Positions 37,387-49,576 of a DNA stretch of 64,000 bases are shown here, one piece after another. The position numbers and the translations under genes are program-made. Where the stretch lies: positions 859,192 through 923,191 of the forward strand of contig NW_027192193.1 in NCBI RefSeq assembly GCF_041956535.1. Direction: 5' to 3'. The stretch comes from Calcarisporiella thermophila CBS 279.70. Lineage: Eukaryota > Fungi > Calcarisporiellomycota. Each line of letters opens with the position of its first letter. The stretch's first letter is position 1. Under the pieces are notes generated by a model. The model searched no databases. It worked only from the letters and a program-made list of their open reading frames with translations, and was not told the origin of the DNA.

Positions 37387-39629
37387 TTATTTAGGACGGA
37401 ACGGATGCGCCTCTGTGTTGAAGATCCATTCGTCGAGCGAGACCACATTGGGTGGGGAGAAGAGAAGATAGAGATACTTGAGCGTCTCGGCGAAAAAGAA
37501 ACTTTCTTGGGTATCGTCCATGCCCTTCGAAGGATCCGTCACATCCTTTAGTCCCGAGTAGGCAGAAGAAGTCTTGCAGTATTTTTCGATGGAATTGAAG
37601 ATTTGCCAGCCCATGTCCTATCAGAGGCAGTCAAAGGAAAAAGGAAATGAGTGACCCAAAATTGGCGACGGGTGCATTCGGAGTGGAAAGGGAGAATACC
37701 TGGTATTTGGGATTGCCAGTTAGCCGGTAGAAATAGAACAGGCTCTCGATGGTTTCTAGGAAGATGGTAACTCAGTATTGCAATAGGCATGGGTTGAAGG
37801 ATCACTTCCAACTCCACCTACCTGGTCTCAGGATGTAGCCCTCGGAGTCTGGCCAAAAGCCCCACTTCTCGGACCGTTTCTTGTTCTCCGGCGTGCCAAA
37901 ATCTCGCGATCTTTTGCCAGCAGAGTTGACATACCACCAGCTTTCGGGCGCGATGCCAGTAGGTGTCTTGATCCAGGCATTATAGCACGAGTTCATCAGT
38001 GGGTAGGCGAGTTGCTCATAGAAGGGGTTGTCGGTGATGCGGGCGGCGAGAATTAGATTGCCCGGCAGGAAGCAGGCCAGTTCCCCTTGGTGAAAAATGG
38101 GATTTTTACCATCGAGATCGTTCATCTGTATGAGTCTGGAGAAGTTTGCGGTGCCGGAGACCATGTACTTGGCAAAATGAGTGATCGACTCATCGTACAT
38201 GCGCAAGTATTGCGGCTTCTCTCCGCCGTAGTAGATAAAGCTGAGAAAACACAATGAAACAAGGGGAGGTAGACTATGGAAAGCATGCAAGGGATAGTTA
38301 CAGTTTTATCAGATACTCGTAGAAAGAATCGCCTCCGCCTCCAAAGGTGACAAAGGCTAAGTTAGAACAAAGAAAAAAAGCGTCAGTATCGAGCAGACCG
38401 AAGAGGACGCGAGGTATTTACAAGTTTCAAATTCGGCGGTCTCTGGGTTAATGTAGATGGGATAGAGCCCGGGGTAGGTTGTTTTCGCCTTATCAAGAAC
38501 ATCCACGACTTTTTGTACCTAGCAAGGAAAGGAGAGGTCAAAGGCAAGATCAAAATAAAAATAAAATGAAGAGAAGGGTCCCACCTTTGTGAAATAAGTG
38601 CGATTGCCAGTGAGCTGAGCGAGGTGCCCGAATTCGAGCTGAAGGGTTCCAATTTCGGCGAGAACGGAAGCGCCACCCGTCTCTCCGGATCTAGCCGGCG
38701 CTCCACTAAATAGAGGAATGGAGAGAAAGACATATAGGGAATACTATCGAGGAAGTGGGGAGAAGGGAACCGTTTCCGGGCATCTGAAGGATGTTTTGGG
38801 GAGAGGGGGATCAATGGGGACGGCCACTTACCTCTTGAAGTTCACGTATTGATATGGGATTCCCGTGGGCGAATTGAAGCTTGGCATCAACTTGTCAGCG
38901 AGCTCGACCGCCTTATCCAAGAACACCCTGTCGCCACTCATATCGTATGCGGAGAGAAGGCCGCCCAGATACCGAATAGTGGTTTCGAAGACCTGCACCA
39001 TGGGGTCGGTGTACTTGTTCCAATCAAGCTTGGCTACGAATTCACGCGCCTCTTTGAATTCCTCTTCAAGCCCCATAATGTACATGGTGTCAAGCGAGTC
39101 CACGATCGTGGCTAGAATAGATAGGGAGAGGGAGGGAGAGGGGGACGGTTAGGGTTATTGACAATGGTTATGGGAGGAGATGAATGCAAAGTAGTGAAGG
39201 CTTACCTCCAAAGCCATTCCTATCATTGATAGACAGTAGAAACAGAGTATTATTTACTTGGGTGGAAAGGGTGTGAATTTGAGATATTCCTCACCTGGGG
39301 TCGGCCGGCTTGTTTGAAACCGGCTTCAGCTCATCGTGTCCAAAGGCATACTTTCTGTATCCATTGTAAGCGTGACGAAAGGCATTTCTTACGGCATCCC
39401 GACGGCGCTGCATCACTACCATGTTGTCTGCTCGTATGTTCGGCGACTGTATGGCCTTTCTCGCCTTGCCATTTCTAGGGGCAGCCTTTCCATTCGGAAG
39501 GGCCGCGTCCGAGGTCTGGGTCTCCTGAGGCTGGAGGGATTGGCTGCCCTGGTTTTTTTGCGGGCCCGCGGATGTCTGGATTGCGCAGAGGGCGAACACC
39601 AGCAGCAGAAAGTAGAGGAGTTTTGTCAT
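37387..39629 (-). CDS. Class I alpha-1,2-mannosidase (GH47)
   Basis: Signal/anchor MTKLLYFLLLVFALCAIQTSA. Motifs YAFGHDELKPVS, ATIVDSLDT, VFETTIRYLGGLLSAY, LAEIGTLQLEF, GGGGDSFYEYLIK, YILRP|ETIES, QESFFFAETLKYLYLLF and FNTEAHP. Includes a 14-nt exon at 39219-39206. Confidence 0.95.
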
Positions 39630-40873
39630 TGAACGCCCTCGCAAAGTTTCGAAGATGGGACTGGTGTGAAGGAGTGTAAGGGATGAAGACTGGAGGGGGG
39701 AAAAAAAGATAAGGAATGGGAGGTTTAAAAGAAGCCTAAGGTCGTTGGAGTTTGGGGGGAGACGGGCGGTAGTTTTGAAAGAGAGGAGACGAAAGAGCTA
39801 GAATAGATGAATCTTTCCAATATTTCCAATTCCATACTCGTCCCTCGCATCCTAAATAAGGGCGGCTCGCAAATATTTGAAACTCTGTTCCCTCTGGGAA
39901 AACATTCGAGCTAGGTAATAAACGCGCGCAGATCCCTTATTAGATAAATCATTTCGTGCAAATGGCCGCTGTGTTTTGAATTAGTCTCTCCAGACGATCT
40001 GGTTGCGATCGAAAGTTTTGGCCAGTTGCACAAGCGCTGGGATTGGGTTTGAGGGGCCCCTGAACCCCCACGATACTATAGCTTCTAACGATGCAGCGGG
40101 CCAAAGGCCGGCCGGACATTGCTGCTGCCTCACTGGCTTTACGCTAATAATCGTGGCCGCCCAAGCCCGGGGGCCTTTGGGCCCCCGTTCCCCCCCCCTC
40201 GCCCGGCCTCCGCTCCAAAATTGCTTTAGTCTCAATCTCCTTGCACAACCTCCTTTTGGCTTCACAGAAATCACGACCGAAGGGATCTTTTCATAATCAT
40301 CAGATCCAAAATGTTTTGATAATCACTCATTACATAAAACCAGCTCAACGGAGACACGGGTTTACACCCCAGATCCCGGAGCCATTCTTTCCCATGCTAA
40401 AAGTGACTTCAAATAAAAAAGAGGGGGTCTTAGTGCCCGGGATGGGAGCCAATTGCGCTGACATAAAGTGGGGTTGGCTGTGGAGAGGACGCGCTCTTTG
40501 GTGGAGCTAAACACTGGATGTTCCATAGAGAACATACGCGCTTCCGAACTTACCCGAGAAACAATGCTCTCGCCATGTCGCAATGTCCTCATTGAATTAA
40601 TGCTCATCCTCAAGACCTGTTCTGTCGAGCCTGACTTGAACGCGGCTGAAAGCCGTAAATCCAACCGGCCATTAATTTATGCAGGCACATGAAAGTCCGC
40701 CCCCACCCCCCCCCAGCTAAAAATCCGGCGGTGAAGTTTCACTTTACCCCATTCCTTTTTCACGATTAATAAGTTCGTACTGATATTTCCTCACATTTCT
40801 TTATTTTGAATCTCCCTAATTCCATTCTTTTTGCCATCTCTCTCTCTCCTATTTGTTCAAGTGCCGATAAATC

Positions 40874-42793
40874 ATGCATCCCCCCAAGATCCCGAGGGAA
40901 AGAAATGGCGGGGTCCAGGTTGCCCACATGTTTTGGTCTATCATCTTACCCCGCATGCCTCTGGTAGTTTCCACAACCTTCGGTCATGTGGTAACGGGTA
41001 TGTAGTAGCTTTCCACAGCCAATTGGCTCCATGATCTTACAGCTGACCCCCGTAATTACTGCTTGCTCTTTCAAGGGGCGCCTGCAAAAACATGGGATCT
41101 CAAATTTCACATATGCTGGACTTTTGTCCGGAATTTTCTCCGGGATAGCAAGAATCTAACGGTGGAGGCCGTCCAATCCTATACCATGCACCCCATCCCT
41201 GGCCCCATTCACTATTGCACGGAGCCATTCACCATTCCAAACGAATCCCGCGCCAGAGCCGCAACTTACCTTGGTGCCCTCTTAAAGGGGCAGGAAGAAA
41301 TAATCGGCTGGAATTGGCAGGATGAAGACAGGCTGAATGCTTGCGGGCCACTGAAGGGGGAATGGATTTACAGAAAGGTCCAGCCAGAAGAGCAATTGGC
41401 GCCTAAATCCCAGAGTGATTTTGCCCGAAGTCCATCATTCCATAGCATCCCAAGATCGAACTCGTTCTTCTCCTCCAGCTCCTCATTGTTTTCGTCCAGC
41501 TCATCACTCCTCGGGAAGAAACTGGACCGTGTAATCTACTACCTACATGGCGGCGCCTACTATCTCTGCTCAACCTATACACATCGTCGTTTGATTGCCA
41601 AGGTCGCAAAGCGATCCGCCGCCAAAGTGTTTGGTAAATCAACCATACAGCTGTTGGCTTGAAAGCCCCAGGTCTCTCACCCTTTTCATCCCAATCCCCA
41701 CTGTAGCCATCAACTACCGACTTGCTCCTCAACACCCCTTCCCAGCCGCACTTCACGACGCCTTGGCGGGATATCTATACCTCATCTCGCCCCCCGCTGG
41801 CTCTGGAGAAAAACCAATTGACCCCAAAAAAATAGTCATAATGGGAGACTCTGCCGGTGGAGGTAAGCTGTTGGAAGGATAATACATCCTCTGTGGCATT
41901 GAGGTTGCTAATTTTTTTTTCCCTTTGTGATGAATAGGACTGGCTCTCTCACTTCTGCTCGCTTTGCGTGATAGTGGCCTTCCTCTCCCTGCTGGTGCCG
42001 CGTGCATGTCGCCATGGTAGGCTCTCTGCCTCCTCTACTACCCGCGCCTAGCCCATAAATCTCATCTTGCCTTTCAACTAGGGTCGATCTTACGCATGCC
42101 TTTCCTTCCATCGTTGATAACTCCAAGACCGATTATATTCCGGCGAACGGGTTCTCCCATTTAATGTCGCCGGCCCAAGATTACTCGCTCCTTCCAAAAC
42201 CTGTTACCAATAGCCCTTCCGACGCTGAGGAAAAATCCGCCTCAGACGGCGCCCATTTACCACCTCCCCTTGCAGAGCTTAATAAGCTACGTCGCCTGCA
42301 CTTCTACGCACCGAATACTGCTCTGAGATTACCGCTGGTCAGCCCGGTGTACGCGAAGGATTTGGGCGGACTACCTCCATTGCTGATCCAGCTGGGGGGC
42401 GGCGAGATGGTGCGAGACGAAGGCATCTTCTTGGCGCATAAGGCGGCGAGCGGACGCGGCGAGTTGCCCCCCACCGACGTCACCCTCCAAGTGTACGAGG
42501 ATATGCCTCACGTCTTCCAGATGTTCCAGTTTTTACCTGTCTCGCATGCGGCCGTGAGACAGTTGGGCGAGTTTACTCGCCAAGTGACATCCACCGCCGG
42601 CTCTCTCCTGGAGTTGCCGAAGGAAAAACCGGCCGACGTATTAAAGCGAATGCGCGTGAATTCCCTTGGCTATTTGCTTGAGGAGGAGTCCGGGCCCATG
42701 ATCGATGTCGATACATGGGAGCAGCGATACCTGCAACGGGATCTCCTCCACCGCCTTCGAGAATTCTTCCTGCATGGAAGAATCATCATCTAG
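40874..42793 (+). CDS. Alpha/beta hydrolase of the hormone-sensitive lipase family (esterase/lipase)
   Basis: YYLHGGAY oxyanion motif, INYRLAPQHPFPAALHD, nucleophile GDSAGG|GL, LPPLLIQLGGGE and MPHVFQ. Confidence 0.9.
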
Positions 42794-43593
42794 GCCGACA
42801 CGCATCCCTTCCTCTTTCCTGCTTATTTATTATTTATTCCAGTCAACCTTTGACTCTCGCCCTCGATGTGAACCTCAATACTAGGCTAAATTAATATGTA
42901 GATTATTTATTTATTCTCTCCTTTGCCATTCCATCTCCTGGTTCCCTCCCCATTTTTCTTTGGTCGTCAGCTTCTTCACATTGGAACCCCCCATACGTAA
43001 TCAGCGAGTACACCCAATACATTGTATCTCTTGTATTCATTTGGGATGCTAGCTTAGCCATTCTCGGAAATAAACATAATGCCCGCTTTAGCTCTTGTAT
43101 TCGCGGTTAGTTTAGCCATTGGCAGATGGGAAAATGATGCCACTTAGACACATGGCCTTTTTCTCTTTTTTTTTTCCTTTCAAAAATACATTAGGTGTAT
43201 CCTTTAGAGTCAGACTTTTTCACACCCCCCCTTTGGGTTGTAACAAGATAAGATTGCGGGTGGGGCGATATCCTGCGCATCCAGCCTTTGAGCAAGCCTC
43301 CCCCCACCTCTACAGCTAGAGAGGGAGGTTGCATGAGCAAGGAAGGACAGCTTCATATCTGGCTTCCGCCAGCAAGTCATCACAAACAGAAGGATCTAAT
43401 CCTTCCCCCAATTGGCCCCGGGGGAGTATGGCCTAAGTTGTTGAGTGTGGCAAAGCCCCAAATTATGGTATAGCAATTATTTCATTAGTCATCAGGCCGG
43501 ACCTTCAATATAGTGATTTATACCCTTTTCCTCGAGCTGGTAGAGTCGCCTGCCTCTCGGTTGTGTTGGCCCTCTTCTTTAGTTCCTCCCATC

Positions 43594-44605
43594 ATGCCTC
43601 CCTTCCAACTCTACGAGCTTGTTGGAAAGACACCGTCGCTCAAAATCTCGCCCTACTGCTGGCGTATTCGGTTCGCCCTCAAACACAAGGTAATTCTTCT
43701 CCGGGAGAGCGAGGAATTTTTTTTCTCTCTCTCTTTTTGACCCGTTGCAAATACGCGCTTTGCATGATTCATTCATCGTGTGCTGTGCTCGAATGTATTT
43801 AGGGCTTGGATTTCGAATCGGTCCCACTGACATTCCTCGAGGTGCACGAGCAGATTCCTAAGCTGTGAGTTGAATTTCTTCCCCATTTATAACGGGTGGC
43901 CATGTATATCAAGGGACGGAGTGCTGAACATATGTGTCTCCTCTTCCTCTCCCCCTCTCTTCCCCTGCACTCTCGTATCTTAGTGGTCAGGATTTGATTC
44001 CGAGAGTCCCGGTTCTAGTCGACCCTGACAACGTCGCGCATCAAGATAGCTTTTCGATTGCTGAGTACCTCGAAACCGCCTACCCGGACAAGCCCTCCCT
44101 CTTCCACGGCCAGCCTACGCTGCACCGCTTCTTCCAAAGTTATGTAGACAAGGTTATTAGTATGGCCATTTTCCGTGTTATAGTTCGGCAGATCCCAGAA
44201 CGCGCGCTCGACCAACCCAACCGCGAGTACTTCTACCGGAGTCGCACGGAAATGCTGAGAGTCCCCCTCGAGGAGATCGAGGCCCAGAGGACCGAATGGG
44301 CCCAACAAGTACAGAAGGGCATGGAGCTGGTGCGCCAGGCGATCCAGGACTCTGGCAAATTTTTGAGCGGAGACCAAGGTAACATGCCGCTATTTAGCCG
44401 TTTGCCCCTCCTCTCTTCCTGACCCGTCCAACGTTGTCTCCATATGCCTTCTGCAGTTGGATACGCTGATTTCATTCTGTTCGGGACTTTCAAATGGGTG
44501 GAGAACATCAACAAGGATGAGCTGGAGGAATTGCTGCTCAAGGGCCAGACTGAGGACGATACCGTGGTTAGAGACTGGTTCCAACGGATGCAGGTTTATG
44601 CGTAA
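43594..44605 (+). CDS. Glutathione S-transferase, beta-etherase/GSTFuA-like class
   Basis: LYEL...ISPYCWRIRFALKHK|GLDFESVP, RVPVLVD, DSFSIAEYLETAYPDKPSLF, YFYRSR and FLSGDQ|VGYADFILFGTF. Confidence 0.88.
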
Positions 44606-46311
44606 AGGGTGTCCCCCATTGAACACCTGGCACCCGCTTTGGCTAATGTAACCTCTTCTCGCTCCTCTTTACCTGCGGCTACACTACTGTACCTGTATAT
44701 TCTTTCCGCCCTATTTTCATTGTATAGTCGGCAATGCTGGAAATGAATGAATTATTAAATAAAGTTTAAAAGGGTGATCCATTCAGCCAATCCACCGACC
44801 ATCCCCAGCGGACAGCAATTGTGTAGAGTATGTCCCGGCTTATTAGGGGCATTCAGTAGAATGGAAAACAGCCGAAGCGAACGCCAGGGTTTACCCGCTT
44901 GTTTCAACCGCTCCCAACTGGATAAGTGCCATGATTCTATATAGAAGCTCATAGATGAGGGTGATTTGGGGACGATTCGATTCAACTAGAAGGTTGGCTC
45001 GGCCATATCTGGATGGCTCAATTTTTCAATAAGATTTTCAAACAAGAGGGAGGGGGAGGGGGAATGCAGTTCTCCTAAGCGGAAGTCTTTCGGCGGATTG
45101 GAAATGCCCCCACCAGCCCTCTGCAACGATGCGGAGAAGATACTTTCTCGCCCCGAGTTTATGTGGAGCTCTTCCCACTGAAGAGGGTGTGATAAATTCA
45201 AGCAGCGAATCCTGCGTGGCTGTAGGTAGGCAGGAGCTTACCGTTGGAACGTAGGTAGGAAGGCGGGCTTCAAGTTGGATCCATCACCAGTATAGTGGCG
45301 GGCAGATGTGCTTGCCTGTCTGATAGTGGAGCTTGCACTCTTCTATTTTTGTTAAAAAAAATCGCCTTGGATAGATCTGTCTTTCCTACCCTTGGGTGAC
45401 ACGGGGATGACCACTTTTATGGAGAATCGTCCCTTGGGTTCACGAACTGCTGCGACCCCTCTGAGCCCGAAGAATCCTGAAGTTGAGGGCAAGGAAGGAG
45501 GGAAGGGATCAGGAACCCAAGCGCCTCACTGGCACGTCATCACACTCTTCATATTGACGACGACTCATGGCTGCCCATGATGACGGCTGTGAGGGACCCG
45601 ATGGAAGTTCAATATGTTTCATATGCAATTTCACACGTATCAATCATCTGTCCCCCTCTTGCTTTCCCATATACGAACCTCTCAAGATTTGCCTTCTGCA
45701 CCCACTCGGCGGGGCAGAGCATGACACACTCCTTGCTGCAACTTCACCGAGTACCCTTTCGTCATTTATTACTTCATAGCTTAGTTTGAATACGGCTAGA
45801 GGAGGCCTTCTATCCCCAGAACTCGTCAATGGGAAACCTCTTTGCGTGCGAGTGGTATCACCAGAGAAGAGCCTTTTTGTTATCCATGTAGTTTCATTGA
45901 GAATGGAAAGAGGATGGAGAGGGAGGGGGGGATTAGGATTGTGTTCATCTTGCAGCTTAAGCCTAACACAAGCGATTGTTTGTTCGCTAGTTAATAAATT
46001 ATTAGCCGTCCAGTCATGGCCGAGGAATTTCCGGTCCGACCCCCAGATTGCACACTTTTTCAAAACGGCGCAAATTGTAGGCCGACCCGCCCCTCTTGGC
46101 ATTGACCAGCGCGGGCCATTTTCCTTTGCTGATTTTCGTGAAATAGTGATACCACACCCTTCCCCATGCTATAGGGGATCGTGGTTGCATTAGGAGATTA
46201 AGAGCGTAAGCGATGAAAGGAAAAAATCGCTGATTTGAGGTGCATGAGAATGAAAATGCGGCAACACAACTGAGCTTATGGGAAAATCATGGGCAACTCT
46301 CCCGAACCCAT

Positions 46312-46319
46312 TATAAATA
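46312..46319 (+). promoter_or_regulatory. Candidate TATA box of the acidic secreted protein gene
   Basis: TATAAATA about 120 nt upstream of ATG 46437, followed by a CT-rich tract. Confidence 0.45.
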
Positions 46320-46436
46320 CTGCTCTCTCTCTCTTCCGTTTTTTTCTCTCTACAAGTCGTCCCAATCATTATTGCCTAGCCGCAGGGAACAAAAACATAC
46401 CTTCTTTATCTTCCGTTTATTTCGCATCCTATAGAA

Positions 46437-46964
46437 ATGAAGTTTGCTACCATTATCCTCGCCACTCTCCTTTCAGTTGCGGCCGTGCAGAGCATGCCGC
46501 TTTCCGTCCGAGACGAGCACGCACCCGCTGCCCACCCTGGAGAGAAACCAGTCAGTGTCCCGGCCCACATGGGTGAGGTGAAGCCTATCACTGATGGAGA
46601 AGGCAAAGAAGGAGAGGCCAAGCCCACTCCAGCCCATGGAGGAGAGGAGGGAAAGAAGGGGGGCGAGAAGGAGCACGAGAAGGAGAAGGGCAAGGAGAAA
46701 GAGCACGAGAAGGAAAAGGAGAAGGAGAAGGAGAAGGAGAAGGAGGGTGAGGAGGAGGAGGGTGAAGAGGGTGAAGAAGAAGAGGAGGAAGAAGGTGAGG
46801 AGGGCGAAGAGGAGGAAGAGGACGAGGGTGAGGGTGAGGGCGAGGAGGAAGAGGAGGGAGATGAGGAAGAGGAAGGCGAATGGGACGAAGACGAGGAGGG
46901 AGAGGAGGATGAGGAAGACGAGGAGGAGGGTGGTGATGATGAGAACGAGGGTGATGAGTACTAA
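46437..46964 (+). CDS. Secreted low-complexity Glu/Lys/Gly-rich protein (175 aa)
   Basis: Signal peptide MKFATIILATLLSVAAVQS, three PA(A)HxGE repeats, an (EK)n block and an acidic E/D/G block; single exon. Confidence 0.8.
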   Translation: MKFATIILATLLSVAAVQSMPLSVRDEHAPAAHPGEKPVSVPAHMGEVKPITDGEGKEGEAKPTPAHGGEEGKKGGEKEHEKEKGKEKEHEKEKEKEKEKEKEGEEEEGEEGEEEEEEEGEEGEEEEEDEGEGEGEEEEEGDEEEEGEWDEDEEGEEDEEDEEEGGDDENEGDEY

Positions 46965-47199
46965 TGATTTTCAATTCACTTTTGCCCTGCATCCACATTC
47001 TTTTGCCACATTACTTTTTTTTTTAACCATTGTTCAGCTGCTGTTCATATCCACACACTGCCATCATTTTTTTTTTCTTGTTTAAGTGAAACTTGTACTC
47101 TTTACTTTTTTTTTGCCTCTGTTATTCATATCAATATTCCATTTCTTTCAATACAATCCTTTGGCAATCCATCATTCGCATCCCGATGCCTGAATAATC

Positions 47200-48035
47200 C
47201 TAATCTTGCCGTGCCTTGAGCGTACGGGTCAACGTCGCCTCGGGCGTACTAGGGAAGAGAAAAGCAGAGTGTGTGTCAGGAAAGCCTGAAAAATCGATTT
47301 CTCAAAAACTCACGATACACACATTACATGTACGACGGCTCCCCAGCCGCTCTTGTTGTCCCGATCAACGGCATTTAGTAAAGCTTGTGAAATGATTTCA
47401 AACAAGTCCTCCGGCTCCTTGAAATGATAGTTAAGCATTCATTAGAGGAGGGGAGGGTGGGGTCCCCCTGCAAAAGGAAGAGGCCTCGGCCCCTCTGTGC
47501 TTACCAAGTCGGGTTCCCACAATGCCTCGCAAATTCCGTAGAGTTGATCGCTCGCGGTGCCGCCCACCACAAAACCCTCGGCACTGTTGATACACCCGAC
47601 ACAATCCATGTTGCAAATGAATGGTTCCGAATTCTTCTCAAGGCCCGCCACCATCGGCATGACAAAATAGGGGGAAAATCGTTTTTCGTAGAGCAGGTTA
47701 GCAGCAAGATGCGACAAAGCTCTTGGCCGGATGTCGCGATTCTCCTCGAGCTTATATAGGTTGGTCTTGTATCTGAGCAATGCAGAGCTGCAAAAACCAA
47801 ACATTAGTACCTCTAGAGTCTCCTCCTCCCTCCAAGAAGAGAATAACGCGATTTACAAAGTCTGGATATCGGTGGCCAGGCCGGGGAGTCCGACGTAGCA
47901 AGAGCGGTTTAGGGCGAATATTTTTTGAAAATCGGTGGCTATCGTGATCGAGTCAGCGCCGAGACGCTTCTCTGCGGCAATGGCTACGCAGTTTTTACCC
48001 GTCATGGCTACCAACCCGCTTCCGTTGTAGTCCAT
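47200..48035 (-). CDS. PUP3: 20S proteasome beta-3 subunit
   Basis: [76 protein letters not shown] and TLKARQD*. Confidence 0.96.
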
Positions 48036-49576
48036 AGCAGAGGAGAAGTCAGCTAAATTCCGGCTGTAAAAGGGGGGTGCAGAGGGAAAAGGGTGTGTGG
48101 ATAGGCCTTGGCCAGTGTAGTAGAAAGGGTAAAACTTCTTCATACAAAGTATAAATAGGCGATGAATTTGGGAACCTTGCGTATCCACTTGCCACGCGTA
48201 TACACGAAATCAACGCGTCACTTCTTACGTATTTCCGGGATGGGAAAAGACATTCGATTTAAGAGCATAAGAAGCGCCCAAAGACCAAAACACATTGAAC
48301 CACAACGTGCGGAGACAAGCAAGTTCAGCATCGTCACCGCCATCGAAATATTGGCTACCCACTTGCCACGACGTATCCAATTTACCGCCGTCGCCAAAAG
48401 CGGGACGGCTACCACGGCAAAAGCATCCTCTAGCCCCCGTGCGCCCCCCCTTTTAGAAACAGACTATAAATAAGTCGAGGCAGACCTGTATCGGCTTCCG
48501 CTCGAGTTACCTTTGCAATCTCTTCCTGTTTCATAGATCAAGGTGCATACGTCCCCGTGTTCTATAGCGAAGCCGACTCTGTCCAACTCGTTGAGCGGGT
48601 GTGGGGCCTCCGCACCTCTGCTGAGGTAATCGCGGGGAGCGCTTATCTATGCCCCTCGCCGATGGCAAGCAAGCAGGGCGTCAATATAGAGAAGATCGAC
48701 CGGCTTTATTGGGAGGGAGGGGGGCGGACATCGTGCTAGGAACGATTCGGATAATTGCCCACTAAAACATGGTTCGAGTTACAATTTATGGGCGATAAAT
48801 GACGTGTTTCTCCAATGCAAAGGCGAGCCAGGGAGATGGGTCTGGAGCCGGCACAGGGGGTGGGGATGGAGCTTTTCCCAAAGCAGAGTAAGGCGGCCGT
48901 GGCTCCCCCCCCCCCTCCCCCTTCTCCCCACCCCCTGCTTCTCTTTCTCCTTCTCCTCTCCATAAAGCCAGACAGTTTTGGATCCGACGGGCTGTAGGAG
49001 GCAAGACGGCCCGGCCTCTACTGCTCCCACACACGGCGAGCAATGGCTTACACACCGCGAAGCAAGCTGGAAGGGTGTGACCTGCATTGGGGGGAATGAG
49101 GGGCTTCCAATTTTGGGGCGCGACGATTCAAATCCGCCGCCGCATTTAGAAATCCGGTTTTATGTTCTGAAACTGTAAGATGGTTCTCCACCTGCTCCAA
49201 CTCGTGTAACTCAAACACGAAGATCGAAAACCTTATTGCACTCCTCTGCGCCTCGCGACTCTAGGCGAACTCCTTTTTTAAGCATGCGGTTCTTTTCGTG
49301 GCCCTCATGAGAATTCAACACATTGTTCCTCCCCCTAGCTTAGTCGTAGTGCGTATCGCTAGTCTCCCTCATCCCGTCAGCGCTCTTCTTGCTCCCCTCC
49401 CCCCTCTCCATAGCTGTTTAGCGTCCTAGCTGCCTCCCGCTCTCCCAATAAATATCTATCTATCCATATACATCTATAATACACACCCATACAGCTATTT
49501 ATATACACCTAGGCCTTGAATTGTGAGCCGCCCTAATTAGTCTCTAGTCCTTGGTAATCCGCCCCCCATCCACCTA

